Source: Octopus bimaculoides
Taxonomy: Eukaryota
Reading direction: 5' to 3'
Length of the DNA: 45,131 bases
Assembly: GCF_001194135.2 (NCBI RefSeq)
Contig: NC_069001.1
Location: forward strand, 1,385,601-1,430,731
Positions 14,662 through 24,673 of the stretch are shown here, one piece after another. The position numbers were made by a program, and so were the translations under genes. Each line of letters starts with the position of its first letter. Position 1 is the first letter of the stretch. Under the pieces are notes generated by a model, which ran no database searches, was not told the DNA's origin, and saw only the letters and a list, made by a program, of their open reading frames with translations.

Positions 14662-17600
14662 AGTACTTCAACAGCACGCCCTGGAACATTGCCTCACTGA
14701 CTCTCACTGACTGTAGTATCTCCTCTACTGCAAGAGACCTGTTTCTGTCCCTCTATTGGATTTTAACCTCTCTCACCTGGTGGCACAAAACCACCTCACT
14801 CAAAACCACACCTTGTCTCAGTCAAGGGTTCTATTTCTTGCAAGTTACTTGCTGATCTTACAGGTGCCATGTAAAAGCACCCAGCACACTCTCAGAGTGG
14901 TTGGCATTAGGAAGGGCATCCAGATGTAGAAATCTGGTCAAAACTGCCATTGGAGCTTGATGCAGTCTTGTGGGTAACTGGACCCACTCAAACTTGTTCA
15001 AACCCCAGCATGGGAAACTGACATTACTAATGATGATGGTAACAATGACATCAAGACTGAGATCTGATTCTAAATCAGGAATTACCTCCCTAATTTCTTG
15101 AGGACACTGGAAAACATATTCCTTACCGAATTAACTGTCGATTTTGGTAACTTCCAGAATTTTGAAGATTCCAAAAGCTGAGAGATTTTCTCCTTTGATA
15201 TATTTTTAGAATTATCAGTAAATGCTTTCAGAAGTTTGCAGATGGACAACAGAGATGAAGAAACGACTCTGTGGTATTTGTTTGTTAACTCATCTGGAGA
15301 CGACACTCTGAAGAGAGACAAAAAAAATATAATAAAACAGTAGGGAAGAAGACATATAAAAGTATAAAAATGAAAGACTAACAAGAGGTGCGTATGCATT
15401 TCGGTCAAACTACATGGCACTTTGGGCAAATATTTTTTTTTTATCTTTTTACTATAGCCTGGGAATGGATTTGGTAGGCAGAAAATGAAAGAAACCTATC
15501 AGTGCAGGAAAGGCTTTTAAACACAGGCATGGATGTGTGGTTAAGAATTTTGCTTCTCAGCCACATGGTTTTGAGTTCAATCCCAATGTATGGCACCTTG
15601 GACAAGTGCCTTGTATCATAGCCCTGGGATGACCAAAGCCTTGTGGGTGGGTTTTGCAGATAAAAACTGAAAACACCTAGTGTGTGTGTGTGTGTGTCCT
15701 TGACATCATGTGATAGTTGTAAACAAGCCTCACTGTTATACAGGCAGCATAGTTCATTTGTAATCTCCTCTGAAAATCTGTCCAACCATGGGAAATATTG
15801 CTTAGCTTGTAAACAGGTGAGGGTTAGTGACAGGAAGGGTATCCGGTCATAGAAAATCTACCTCAATGAATTCCATCTGACCCATGCAAATATGAGACAG
15901 TAAAATGATGATGATGATGCATCATGTGGTAAAGCAACTGTGACACTAGGTCACTAACAAACTGGAAATGCTTAGAATGCTGTTTTTATTGTACACCAAT
16001 GTTTTCGAACGAATATCCTTATCTTGGGTGTTAGTGTCCTAATATGACTATAATTCAAGAGAACTCCAATGCACAGCTTTCAAAATATTTTGCTTTTAAC
16101 CCTTTTTTCCTTTACAAAAAATTGGAATACTAAATTAAGGGCTTCTTTCAGTTTCTGTCTCCCAAATTTGCTCACAAGGCATTGGTCACTTGCTCAAGGT
16201 GCCATGCAGTAGGACTGAACCTTAGACCACATGGTCAAGAAGCAAGCTTCTTAGCTACACAGCCATACTGGCACCTACAGTCACACTAATGGGGTTCCTC
16301 TTGAAATTTTGTGGGAAATTCACAAGCAACAGGGGTAAGGGTTCCAAGGCCCTGACATTGAAAGAAGGAAGGGCTGTGCATAGAAAGAATTAGTGCAAAG
16401 CTTGGGGTGGGCGACACAATAAGGCTGATGGGACGAGGAAGAAAGCCGAGTCGGGGATACCTGATATATTAAGGTAGAAAATGACTACTTACTTAGGGTC
16501 ACTAAGTGTTTCAGGTTTTTGGTTGAGTAAATTATCAATTGTGAACTGGGAAAAAGAAAAAACAAACAAAACATTTTTAATAAACTTCACAGGGTGTGTG
16601 AGTGTTTATACAGTCTAAACTGACAGAATAGTTTGGCTGGATATGGCTGGTTCAAAAGTTAATCTTAAGGATACACATATTTTTATAATACTTACATCCA
16701 ATATGGCTTCTTGGCAAAAGCTCAACGCTTGAGCTTGTTTTGCTGCAGGAAATGCAATATTGAAGGCCTGTTGTGCAGCAGTTGCAACTGTTGGATAGGG
16801 ATCACACATACCAAGCAACCAGCTTGCCATTAGCTTCTTGAGATGCGGTGCCAACTCCCGGTGTAAAGAACCAGCCAAGACCGCCATGGACTGCTGGGCA
16901 GCTTCACGTACCCTGTGGTTGTCATCCTACAAGAAATAAAGAAGGGTAAGTCGGGTGAAGGAAATAGTTTAGACAGTCTTGGAGAGGGTAAAAAGAAAAA
17001 GAGAGACACATCTATCCTCACTCCAAGACACCTACCCTCACTACAGGCCATCTACCTTCACTACCACAAACATTATAGTCACTCCTGGCCCCTACATTAA
17101 CCATACAGTCACTGCAAGTCCCTACAAACACTCACCAAACAACCACATTACTGTCATTAACAAATACACAATACAGTTAGTAAAAGTCTCTTGTAAACTG
17201 TTTGGGATTTGCAGTTTAGATATTTCATAATTTGTGTCTCTGAGTGTTGAGTCCATCATAAAAGAATGACACCCCCCACCACCACCACCACTTCAACAAT
17301 CATCTTCACTGCTCCCTCTTCAAAAGAATACAGAAATAAAAAGTAAAACAAAAAACAGCATGGGTTACCATTGATATTTTGGAGTAGATTCGGGGCCAAT
17401 ATGGAAGTACTGCTTTAGCATCTTTGCATTCCTTGTCTTTGATCAAAGCATTGAACTCTTGTAATGCCTGAAAGGAAGAACAGAAATGAAAACCCAGAAA
17501 CTAAACACAACGAGTATTTGGTAATCTTAGTTTGGTTAAAATTCAGAATGCATTACAAGAAGACACTATCAGCTGATGTGCCTTACAACAGAGTTAAGAA

Positions 17601-19939
17601 ACACACAAGGATAAAAAAGGCAGTGGCCTCAGCTATGATTATTAAGACACAAACAAACTAAATAGATCAGGAACTACATTGAAATACAGATAAACTAGCA
17701 GAGGCACCGGGCATTGCCTGAGAATGAAATTTTTCCTGATATATTGGAAGAAAAAAGCAAAATATGTTGTATCAATATTCTTTAATTTTAATAAAAAAAA
17801 TTAAATGAAGACCCTATTATTTGTCCGAAGTGGAATTATTCATGCATCACAAGTATGGAAGTAATTGGTGAAGCCGTTATCACGTGAAAAGCAAACATAC
17901 ACACACACATCTCTATTTTACATATTAGATTTACCTTGATTTTAGTGATGCTGTCTTTCTTGGAGAGCTTCCTGAGGACCAAACGCAAGTCCGCATCGAG
18001 GGCCGCATCAGCAGAGTGATCCAGATCCACGACAGGTACATAACCCATATCTGCTGTGGTGGATCCGAAGCCAATGAAACCTTGAGTTGTTGTTCCAGAT
18101 TCACTGAGGAGTTGAGCTGCTTGGCTGCTGTTTGAAGGCTGCAGTGGTGCAGAAGAGGACGAGTATCAGTCTATCATATTCTTTTACTTGTTTCAATCTG
18201 TGGCCATGCTGGGGCGCTGGCATGAAGAATTTTTAGTCAAACGAACTGACCCCAGGACTTATAATTTTTTTTTTAGCACGGTACTTATTCTATTGGTTGA
18301 ACCACTAACTTACAGCGACATAAACACACCAACACCGGTCGTCAAGCGATGGTGAAGGACAAACATTGATGCAAACACACACAGATATATATATATATAT
18401 ANNNNNNNNNNNNNNNNNNNNNNNNNNNNNNNNNTTTCACCACCAAGGACCCCTTTTATTTAAATGAGTTTTCCCATGGACCCCCAGGGTCATTGAAAGG
18501 TCTGTTAACTTAGGGGTTACTGGCATCGGCCACATTTGGATGGTGCTTTTTATGTGCCACTGGCACAGAGCCAGTCAGTTGGCATGGTTGTGTAGTAAGA
18601 AGTTTGCTTCTAGGTTCATGCCCCCACTGTGTGGCCTCTCGGCACGTATCTCCTATTGCCTCAGGTTGACCTAAGCCTTGTGAGTGGATTTGATAGACAG
18701 AAACTGAAAGAAGCCCATCGTGTGTGTGTCGTTGTCCCCCACCATCGCTTGACAAGACAAGTGTTGATATGTTTGTGCCTCCATATCTTAGAAGTTCAGC
18801 AAAAGAGACCAGGCTTTAAACGATGAGGTCGATTCTTCAAGGCCTCAGTCTAATGACCAAAACAAGCAATGGAAACAAAAGAAATATATATACATATAGC
18901 TCCGAGGAAGTTGTAAGATGTTGCACAAGCACTCAGCTCCGAGTGCAAGCTTCTTATGCTAGAAACAGCAGTAACCTAATGGAAGGTGATCATATAACTT
19001 CTGTTCTTCTATGCTCCGTACTTTCCGGACTATTTCATACCACCCAAACGGGACTTTTCTTAAAAACATTTTCTTTTAACAAAATATTCGTTATCATGGG
19101 TGTAAGTGCATGACTATCATAAAATTTGGAAGCAAGAAAAAAAAAAAGATGTAAGAATTTAATCGTAATTTATATCTTCGAAAACTTATCTCCGGGAAAT
19201 CTCGCAAAAACAATTACGCATTTAACAAAGTCCGAGGTGAAGCGGAAGTGGNNNNNNNNNNNNNNNNNNNNNNNNNNNNNNNNNNNNNNNNNNNNNNNNN
19301 NNNNNNNNNNNNNNNNNNNNNNNNNNNNNNNNNNNNNNNNNNNNNNNNNNNNNNNNNNNNNNGATCCTCTGAGAGAAAAGAAAATGTTTCTTTCAAGTTT
19401 CATTAAAATTAAATATTAATCTTTAAGAAAGTTATCGGAAAGCAAAGTCTTGATTGGTGAAGGACATACTTTAGTAGTTGTGGCTTAAATACAATAAGCT
19501 GGTCACGGTTGGAAAGTCAGTCTTTTAATCATGATAAATCTTGACCAGGGGTTAAAAAAAAAAAAAAAACATCGACAACTGTCATTGAATCAGCACAGAG
19601 TCACTCGAACCAACAATAGGATTTCCATACGGTCGCTCAGCCTGCCAGAAATAGTAGCCAATAACACTCAAATGACACTTTAGTGGTTTTAGAAAAGAAA
19701 GACAGGTTGGATAACGTGGAGATTGGTGCAATGTGTCTGAGTAAAAGACGTGACACTCGTGGCTGGAACGTCTTGGACCATAGGTCTGTTGTTTATATCA
19801 GGGCTGACATATGGTTAAACAAAGATAACAACAACATTTGATGGGGGTAAATAAATCGGGGACAGAGATAAAGAAAACTACTCACGCGAACGTTGCCTTT
19901 GGTTCTCTGTGACTGTTTCTTGTTTGGACGACCAGGCAT
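1518..19939 (-). CDS. LTN1: E3 ubiquitin-protein ligase listerin (LTN1), 5' 23 exons (~1413 aa); gene continues beyond the left edge
   Basis: Hand-spliced complement join: 19886-19939, 17935-18138, 17369-17467, 16696-16926, 16493-16545, 15127-15307, 13782-13955, 12936-13126, 12304-12445, 10647-11420, 9954-10194, 9406-9557, 8704-8785, 7901-8057, 7011-7152, 6403-6687, 5936-6045, 5381-5464, 4252-4409, 3592-3736, 3098-3239, 2018-2222, 1518-1752 (4241 nt, all GT-AG, phases compatible, no stops). The N-terminus [91 protein letters not shown] matches the conserved listerin N-terminal HEAT domain as I recall it. Later segments (WNEFFSE, VQITAYHVLDK) also fit. The RING domain is not in the window. Confidence 0.95.
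2018..2222 (-). CDS. LTN1: LTN1 exon 22
   Basis: ttcccag|AGC..G|gtgggt; EWNEFFSEAVYALVIPLY. Confidence 0.9.
3098..3239 (-). CDS. LTN1: LTN1 exon 21
   Basis: attacag|C..CAG|gtaaga; FNVEVMNFL..DFILCSAVSWLQ resembles listerin FNIEMIRYL..DFIMCSMLAWLE. Confidence 0.9.
3592..3736 (-). CDS. LTN1: LTN1 exon 20
   Basis: cttcaag|GT GCT..AT|gtaagt; LLNTLSEWRHSGDHFLF. Confidence 0.87.
3902..4215. repeat. Diverged ~130-bp tandem repeat (~2.3 copies) in LTN1 intron 19
   Basis: Recurring GGAAYAGCTTTGATCA..GACCTGGGGTTAAA and GAAGTCATTGCCTGAAAA blocks. Confidence 0.6.
4252..4409 (-). CDS. LTN1: LTN1 exon 19
   Basis: ttctaag|A ATT..T|gtaagt. Confidence 0.85.
4850..5216 (-). mobile_element. tRNA-derived SINE family 2 with an internal (TG)n tract, representative copy
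   Basis: Head ..GTGTGGTAAGAAGTTTGCTTCC..GGTTCAGTCC.., internal (TG)n, tail ..CAGCATGGCCACAG. Related copies at about 2290-2960, 7480-7640, 8440-8630, 8870-9150, 13345-13685, 15523-15700, 16140-16270, 18160-18380, 18575-18880, 21815-21980, 23378-23735, 39655-39720 and 43448-43700. Confidence 0.7.
5381..5464 (-). CDS. LTN1: LTN1 exon 18
   Basis: ttcacag|T GTC..AG|gtaaat; VLSDGHWQAMGL. Confidence 0.85.
5936..6045 (-). CDS. LTN1: LTN1 exon 17
   Basis: tttgcag|AAT..CG|gtcagt. Confidence 0.82.
6403..6687 (-). CDS. LTN1: LTN1 exon 16
   Basis: ctttcag|TTT..ACG|gtaaaa; 95 open codons. Confidence 0.85.
7011..7152 (-). CDS. LTN1: LTN1 exon 15
   Basis: tttgcag|G TTA..CAG|gtaagg. Confidence 0.87.
7901..8057 (-). 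CDS. LTN1: LTN1 exon 14
   Basis: ttttgtcttcgtcccacag|AA CAC ACT..CA|gtgagt; EHTRKEVRQVCINGMQTLY; phase fits exons 13 and 15. Confidence 0.8.
8704..8785 (-). CDS. LTN1: LTN1 exon 13
   Basis: tttgcag|GAT..G|gtaaat; DCSLSNSAEDLILILYKFVL. Confidence 0.85.
9406..9557 (-). CDS. LTN1: LTN1 exon 12
   Basis: gtttcag|AA CCA CTT..GAG|gtgaga; phase-1 start fits exon 11. Confidence 0.85.
9954..10194 (-). CDS. LTN1: LTN1 exon 11
   Basis: caacag|AAT..G|gtaggt; inside ORF 9859..10233. Confidence 0.88.
10647..11420 (-). CDS. LTN1: LTN1 exon 10 (large internal exon)
   Basis: 774-nt open frame (ORF 10638..11426), ttgcag|CTT..CAT|gtaagt. Confidence 0.92.
11790..12200 (+). mobile_element. RTE-clade LINE 3' fragment (decayed) in LTN1 intron 9
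   Basis: MLRVVRNINW..ITNESL..RWLQFAGHCWRSKQEMIHKLLLWEP..RGRPA is the typical RTE RT C-terminal region; in-frame stops; boundaries approximate. Confidence 0.7.
12304..12445 (-). CDS. LTN1: LTN1 exon 9
   Basis: ttccag|C..CAG|gttagt; phase fits exons 8 and 10; AMVTSFMECVHY. Confidence 0.88.
12936..13126 (-). CDS. LTN1: LTN1 exon 8
   Basis: ttccag|GAA..GG|gttagt; ECWQFVSVPKAVWPKF..GCHGNA..ILPLLSKFP. Confidence 0.92.
13782..13955 (-). CDS. LTN1: LTN1 exon 7
   Basis: ttgcag|ATA..TCA|gtaagt; IRSSSYLFLASLCQ..VWEAVL. Confidence 0.92.
15127..15307 (-). CDS. LTN1: LTN1 exon 6
   Basis: cttcag|A..TCG|gtaagg; KYHRVVSSSLL..SSKFWK. Confidence 0.92.
16493..16545 (-). CDS. LTN1: LTN1 exon 5
   Basis: tcccag|TTC..AA|gtaagt; FTIDNLLNQKPETLSDP. 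Confidence 0.9.
16696..16926 (-). CDS. LTN1: LTN1 exon 4
   Basis: ttgtag|GAT..GAT|gtaagt; [28 protein letters not shown]..AFP. Confidence 0.95.
17369..17467 (-). CDS. LTN1: LTN1 exon 3
   Basis: ctttcag|GCA..ATG|gtaacc; ALQEF..[14 protein letters not shown]. Confidence 0.95.
17935..18138 (-). CDS. LTN1: LTN1 exon 2
   Basis: cag|CCT..AAG|gtaaat; [31 protein letters not shown]. Confidence 0.95.
19886..19939 (-). CDS. LTN1: LTN1 exon 1 ([18 protein letters not shown])
   Basis: ATG at 19939; QRTKGNxR listerin signature; donor CGC|gtgagt. Confidence 0.92.
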
Positions 19940-20059
19940 GTTTGTTGCTCGTCGCTAATGAAAACTTATAACTTTATTTAAATACAACAGTGGTGTTGTG
20001 AAATGTATAAATAGTTTTTTAAAAAAATGACGGTGAAGTCAAGAAATACCAGCTGGAAC

Positions 20060-20190
20060 TAAAGCAGAACTTGGTCCCAAACTTCAGCATGAGCCGACGC
20101 AATGGTGGACGTCAAGTTGTTACAAGACGTGACGTCAGACATGACCGGTGCAGGCCGGGATAGAGTCTCTCGTTTGCATAACTTCCGTTT
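20060..20190. promoter_or_regulatory. CpG-retaining LTN1 promoter region, possibly bidirectional, with a CRE and an ETS-like motif
   Basis: Perfect TGACGTCA at 20130-20137, further ACGTC half-sites, and ACTTCCG (CGGAAGT on minus) at 20181-20187. These lie 190-250 bp upstream of the LTN1 ATG in locally CpG-rich DNA. Function is inferred only. Confidence 0.5.
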
Positions 20191-20463
20191 TATTTATTTA
20201 TTTATTTATTTTTCTGGCGTTGTTGTTTCACCATTGTCACCATCCAGTTGATCTATGTCGACATACAATGCGAGAATTGTGTAACTGCGCGATTATTTCA
20301 TCATCACAAAGTAATCTAGTAGAGGGTGGGGTAAAGTAGAGTCTTATGCTGCTAATATCAGACAATGTCCGATAGTTTTATTTATCTATTTCTATTATAA
20401 AGTGCTTCTTCGTTTCTAGAACCCCATCAAAATGAAAAGTATTTTTTACTTAGTCAAAAGAAA

Positions 20464-22645
20464 ATGTTTCCCCACAGTAGCATAGTCGGTGGAGGCGATA
20501 GGGCAGTCCACCCCAGGCGGCACTTTTGGATCTTCTGTATAAACCCGAATAAGGTGCTGCAAGTAATAGTGGTGGTGGTGGTGGTGGCTGTGAACTCGGG
20601 GCTGCTCCAGGTGAGACACACGCTCTCGAGACGCAACTTGTCAGCCAGGGCGCAAAGTGAAAATGTTTTTCATGGGCTAAATGTGAAAGGTTTCTTCTTT
20701 TTCTTCTTATTATTATTAAAGCATAAAGGCAGAGACTTTCCTCTTTGGTGGAGTTCTCATCGACTTTTTCAAGTTTCACTTGAAAAGGAAAGTGAGGAGG
20801 GAGAAGGAGGTGCTGTCCTACAGTGGATTTATTAAAAGGCGAGTGAAAGTTGCGAAAATGGCAAAAGTGAATGGTACCACTCTAAGGGATTGAAGAGAGC
20901 ATTTGCCCTTGATGTTCAGGGAGATGTTGGACGGTAGGGTTCCTCGATTATCCCTAGAGGTCCTTCTGTGTCAGGAGGTCCACATTACTATCCTCATTCT
21001 CCCCGCTTCCTTTTAATTTATTTTTTAAATTTCATTTTATTTTTACTATGCTATCCTATGTATCCTTCCTTTCTCTGTCTTATTGTATACTTTCTACAAA
21101 TTTACATATTTTTTTCTTTCGTTTTATTATATGTAAACTTCCACATTTGATGTCTGTCTCTGTTCTGTCCCCCTCATCCTTCGCCCTGGTGGCAAATAAA
21201 GGAAATTATCATCATCATCGTCGTTATTATTATCATTATTATTATTTTCTCTTTATCACAGGTTTTGTTGGGGCTCCTGGAGTCCTGCATGCGTAGCGGG
21301 CTTACTACCTGCAGCCTACGGTACCATGCTGTTCTTTGTTTTCAGCCATCCAATACTTTCCTGATTATTCTGGCCGTGCGACGAAAATATTTTGACAAAT
21401 TAAATTTAAATGTTGAATTGAATCTAACGGTCTTTGTGCGGTAGTTTAAATGGCTTATGAACACCTTCCACGCTGCAGTTGTGATAAAGAAAAATAAGCC
21501 ATCAAGTAGTTACGCAAACAGAGAGAGAGAGAGTGTGTGCGTGCGTGCGTGCGCGATAGAATAATAAAGGGGAACAACTTTGGCAGGCGCGGTGGTGTGA
21601 TTAAGAAGTTAGATCTCTTTGTATTCCTCCAGGAATTCCGATTTTGGTCCTTCTATTCGATATCTACGAGCATTTATGCTGCCATTTAATTCTCATCAAA
21701 ATTTCCTGTCAGCAACAAAAAAAATAATAAATTGGTGAATTTTTACAATTACACCCGTTTCACAAGACAGGTGTAACAGTAAATATATTATAGTAATAAT
21801 ATGTATGCATGCAGGTATGTGGAACCCGGAACCATGTTGGCTCTTCAACAACACAGTTCCGGTTTCAATCCCACTGCGTGGTACCTTGAGCAAGTGTCTT
21901 CTACTGTAGCCACGAACCGACCAAAGCTTTCGCGAGTGGCTTCTGGTAGACACAAACTAAAAGGAGCTTGTCGTGTGAGTGTGGATTTTCTTGTCTTAAT
22001 TAAATTCACCCTGGAGGGAAGGAGCTGGCTTTTAATAAAGATAGCAGATAACAAAAACAATGTCACATTTTAAACTTGAGAAAAGTCTTGTATATTTTTT
22101 ACTGTTCCACTTACAGATTGTATCTATAATGAGTGTTTGTCTGTCTCCTGGCCTTTACATATGTATATACACACGCACTTATATACCCATACATATACAC
22201 ATATATTCATACACATGCAGACATATATTTATTCACACACACACACATGAACATGCATGGACTAGCGTAGCTAGAGTGTGCCACCCAGGGTGGACCTTTC
22301 ATTTGCCGCCCCCAGACCCCCATAAAACCACATATTGCCTACAGCAAACCCCAAAGCGGTGCCCTTTTAAAAGTGCCACATACCCTGAACATGGTTCTCA
22401 GGGTTATTCTGCACGACATACTGTATGTGGCAAGGTTGGCCCTTTGAATGGACTGGAGCAACATGAAACAAAGTGAGAGTATGTTGTCAACTTAATGTGA
22501 CAGTCCCTTGAAAGGGAAGAATGCTACTGTTATTTAGCCCTTGCAAACACCGTTTCCTGTTGGCCTTGACACATTTCCCGTGTCCTTATGTTTTCATAGG
22601 GGAGATAAGCACCTCCACCCAGCAAAGCCAGCATCCAGAGACTAG
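20464..22645 (+). other. Candidate spliced transcript divergent from LTN1 (lncRNA or 83-aa micropeptide)
   Basis: Donor CAG|gtgaga at 20610/11; acceptor ttttctctttatcacag| at 21262; donor CG|gtacca at 21320; acceptor ttatgttttcatag| at 22600. The three pieces join into one open frame. No family recognised. Confidence 0.22.
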
Positions 22646-24536
22646 TTTCAGAGTCATTGCTCATTATCAGTCTGGAGCAGCATGGCTTGCTAGCTGCCGA
22701 TGCCTATCTGCCTTTGAAAACATATTTCAAGTGAAATACATTCACTGATTTTTGAAAATAGAAATAAAGTGTCTTGCTCAAGGACACAACATGCCACCAG
22801 GAATCGACAACCTTACAATTCTGAGCCAAATCCCNNNNNNNNNNNNNNNNNNNNNNNNNNNNNNNNNNNNNNNNNNNNNNNNNNNNNNNNNNNNNNNNNN
22901 NNNNNNNNNNNNNNNNNNNNNNNNNNNNNNNNNNNNNNNNNNNNNNNNNNNNNNNNNNNNNNNNNNNNNNNNNNNNNNNNNNNNNNNNNNNNNNNNNNNN
23001 NNNNNNNNNNNNNNNNCTTGAACCTAAAACTACGGATTTGCAATTCAGTGATAAACTTATTTTAATTCTGTGTCTGCATGACAAACATGAATAATAATAA
23101 TAATAATCCTTTCTACTATAGGCACAAAGCCTGAAATTTGTGGGGAGGGGAATACGCGATTACATTGACTCCAGTGCATAACTGGTACCTATTTAATTGA
23201 CCCTGAAAGGATGAAAGGCAAAGTCGACCTTGGTGGAATTTAAACTCAGAACATAAAGACAGATGAAATACTGCTAAGCATTTCACCTGGTGTGCTAACG
23301 ATTCTGCCAGTTAGCCACCTTAATAATAATGATAATGATTATGATGATAATAATGATTATGATGATAATAATGATAAGGCTGTAGTAGAAGACACTTGCC
23401 CAAGGTGCCACACAGTGGGACTGAACCCAGAACCATGTGGTTGGGAAGCAAGCTACTTACCACACAGCCACACCTGCACCTATGTATGTATATCTATCTA
23501 TGTGTATGTGTGTGTCTTTCTCTCCGTGTTTGTTCCCCACCACCAACACCACCACCATCATCACTACCACTTGACAACCAGTGTTGGTGTGCTTACATCC
23601 CTGTAACTTGGCAGTTTGGCAAAAGAAACTGATAGAATAAATACCAGGCTTAAAAAATAGGTTGATTCATTTAACTAAAACATCTAGGTGGTGCCCCAGC
23701 ATGGCCACAGTCTAATGAATGAGACAAGTAAAAGATAAACACAATCCAGATGAAGTGATGATTGCAGTGGAGACAGGCTCAAGCAAAAATGATAAAATAT
23801 TCTTTTCTACTCTAGGCACAATGCCCAAATTTTAGATTGACCCCCAGTACGCAACTGGTACTTAATTTATCGACCCTGAAAGGATGAGAGGCAGAGTTGA
23901 CCTGAGCGGAATTTGAACTCAGAATGTAAAGGCAGATGAAATATCGCTAAGCATTTTGCCTTGTGTCTATAGCAGAAAGGATTATTATTATTATTATTAT
24001 TATTATTATCATTATTATTATTATTGTTATTATGAAAGTGGTATTTCAGCAGAAACATTAGAACACAAGAAAATAAAAGGGGTTTTGCAGTGTTTGTTTT
24101 CATCATCGTCCCTATGTTGTTTTTTTTTGTTTTTTTTTCATGTTTAGAATTCAAATGAAACCCAAGACAGCTTTACCTTCCATTCTTTTCTAGTGTGGTG
24201 GTGGTGGTTGATAAGATAAAACAGTAGTCATATAATTGACTAACTTCCATTCTTTAAAACTTACAGTCTTGCATCTAAAGCATCAGCATCACCAACACCA
24301 TCATCATCAACAATTTCAAGGCAACCATCATTGTCATCATCATCATCATCATAATCATCGTCGTCATTGTTGTTGTCATTCTTATTATATATGAGGTATA
24401 ACAGTGATAGAGCTGTGTGTGCATGTGTTTATTTGTGTGTGTGTGTATGTGCTGTGCCTGTGTGTGTGTGTGCCTGTGTGTGCATGCATGTGTGTGTGTG
24501 TGTGTGTGCGTGTGTGCAGGTCAGCAGTGTAGTTGT

Positions 24537-24673
24537 TTAACCTTCTTCTGCATTCGTACAATAACCGGCAGCCAAGAAGAAAGTCGATGCCGAAATCGAG
24601 GACAAGATGTAACACGCATACATCGTTAATTCGTTTGTGCCGTAGATAAATATTCCAGTCAGTATTGCAAATC
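24537..24673 (-). CDS. Paralogue A exon 3 (end of TM3, TM4, stop)
   Basis: 137 nt; tatttccag|GA..TAA. Confidence 0.85.
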
